Source: Podarcis filfolensis (taxonomy: Eukaryota). From it: 64,000 bases of DNA. The position numbers were made by a program, and so were the translations under genes. Positions 62,908 to 64,000 of this stretch are shown here, one piece after another; position 1 is the first letter of the stretch; each line of letters starts with the position of its first letter. Below the pieces are notes generated by a model. It was not told the DNA's origin and ran no database searches. It saw only the letters and a list, made by a program, of their open reading frames with translations. The stretch lies in assembly GCA_964270895.1 (NCBI GenBank), contig OZ185445.1; one strand, written 5' to 3'.

Positions 62908-62909
62908 AT
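62908..62909 (+). CDS. RHOBTB3: RHOBTB3 split start codon (AT|G), end of first exon
   Basis: aagatcAT|gtacgt donor. The next exon begins G TCA GTT CAC, completing ATG-Ser-Val-His (human MSIH). This was the best of several candidate AT|GT sites. Confidence 0.65.
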
Positions 62910-63125
62910 GTACGTGGGCTGTGTTATTTGTTCCTTTAGTGTTTCCTGTCTCTGGCAAAAACAACAACAACAAAACCCGTGTGCCTTGAGAAAATAATGA
63001 TGATTCTTGTTGTCACTTGAAAAACATCATTTGCTTTCCCCCCTCTTCTCCCCTTCCCACATTCTCTTCATTTTGTCGTAATAGATGTTTGATACCAGCA
63101 GATTAAAAACATTGTTTATTTGTAG

Positions 63126-63351
63126 GTCAGTTCACGTTGTAGCTTTTGGAAATGAAAGAGGTGGCTTTTCCGAGGATGATCAGCAGAGGAGTCTGATTTG
63201 GACCTATCTTGGGAGAAGCGCTCTGGTTTCAGAGACTGACAGCAGCTTGTTGTTAAACTCTGCCAACTATGTTAGAAATCCTGCATTCACCGAATATCAA
63301 GCCTGTGTGTTTGGAAATGTCAGATTGGTGGTACATGACTGTCCTCTCTGG
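63126..63351 (+). CDS. RHOBTB3: Rho-related BTB domain-containing protein 3, coding exon 2 (gene continues beyond window)
   Basis: tgtag|G TCA GTT CAC...CTC TGG|gtaag; SVHVVAFGNE...LIWTYLGRSALVS...SSLLLN...FTEYQACVFGNVRLVVHDCPLW matches the human N-terminus; 226 nt. Confidence 0.94.
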
Positions 63352-64000
63352 GTAAGAGACTGTAATATGAAATTAACAGAGCCATCTTAAATGTATTTAC
63401 ACAGGGGTCTAGTTGAGTTCCAAGGGGTTTACTTCCTTGTAATTATGCTAATATTGTAGCTTTTCAGTGCAATCCTAATCATGTCTTCTGAAGTAAGTCC
63501 TATTGAATTCAGTGGGGCTTACTCCCAGGTAAGTGGAATTAGGATTGCTGCCTTAGTTTGGTCAACTTCTAAACCAGTATAAGGTTATTAGAATATAGCT
63601 TCATAGAAAAAGAGAACTGAAAATACTATCTTCTGTAAATTACTGTGATTTGAATGAGTTCATTCCTTGAAGAAACGTGAAAAGATCAAAAGAAAGAGGA
63701 CCATCACCTGCTGTTCTGATATGGAAGTCATGTGTTTCAGAGAATAAACACATCTTGTAGGGTTGAAAAACTGTATTAATGCAGACATTTAGCTGGAACT
63801 AATAGAACAGTAAAGCAGTTTAAGCAACTAATTTTCTATGAGGCTTTCGGCTTTGAATTTGATTGACAGTTGCATGATTACAAAGTTTTGAAAAGAGTGC
63901 ATGTTCTGTTATTTATTTTTGTAATAAGTTGACCATATACCAATTTGGCTCTTAATAGTGTTTCTGGAGTTAGTGATAAGGTCACTTATCAGGAATCATA

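Overview
Vertebrate genomic DNA, almost certainly a squamate reptile and probably a lacertid lizard (Sauria-type SINEs, BovB LINE, Tc1/mariner-type MITEs). Gene order read from the sequence: ARSK (+, last six coding exons, 1488-16298); intronless GPCR GPR150 (-, 21658-23001); RFESD (+, 33891-40748), with a complete five-exon SPATA9 nested antisense in its last intron (34746-38826); a second, 5'-truncated and rearranged SPATA9 copy (43767-45638) in a local segmental duplication; a complete five-exon CPT2-like carnitine palmitoyltransferase (-, 50005-59960) where mammals have no such gene; and the start of RHOBTB3 (+, from 62908). Homology calls rest on recalled human protein sequences plus GT-AG boundaries and frame continuity, all checked by hand. 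Exon numbers follow the recalled human structure. The most notable items are the intact CPT2 paralogue and the SPATA9 duplication with a SINE palindrome at its edge. No CRISPR array, rRNA or true tRNA gene was found.
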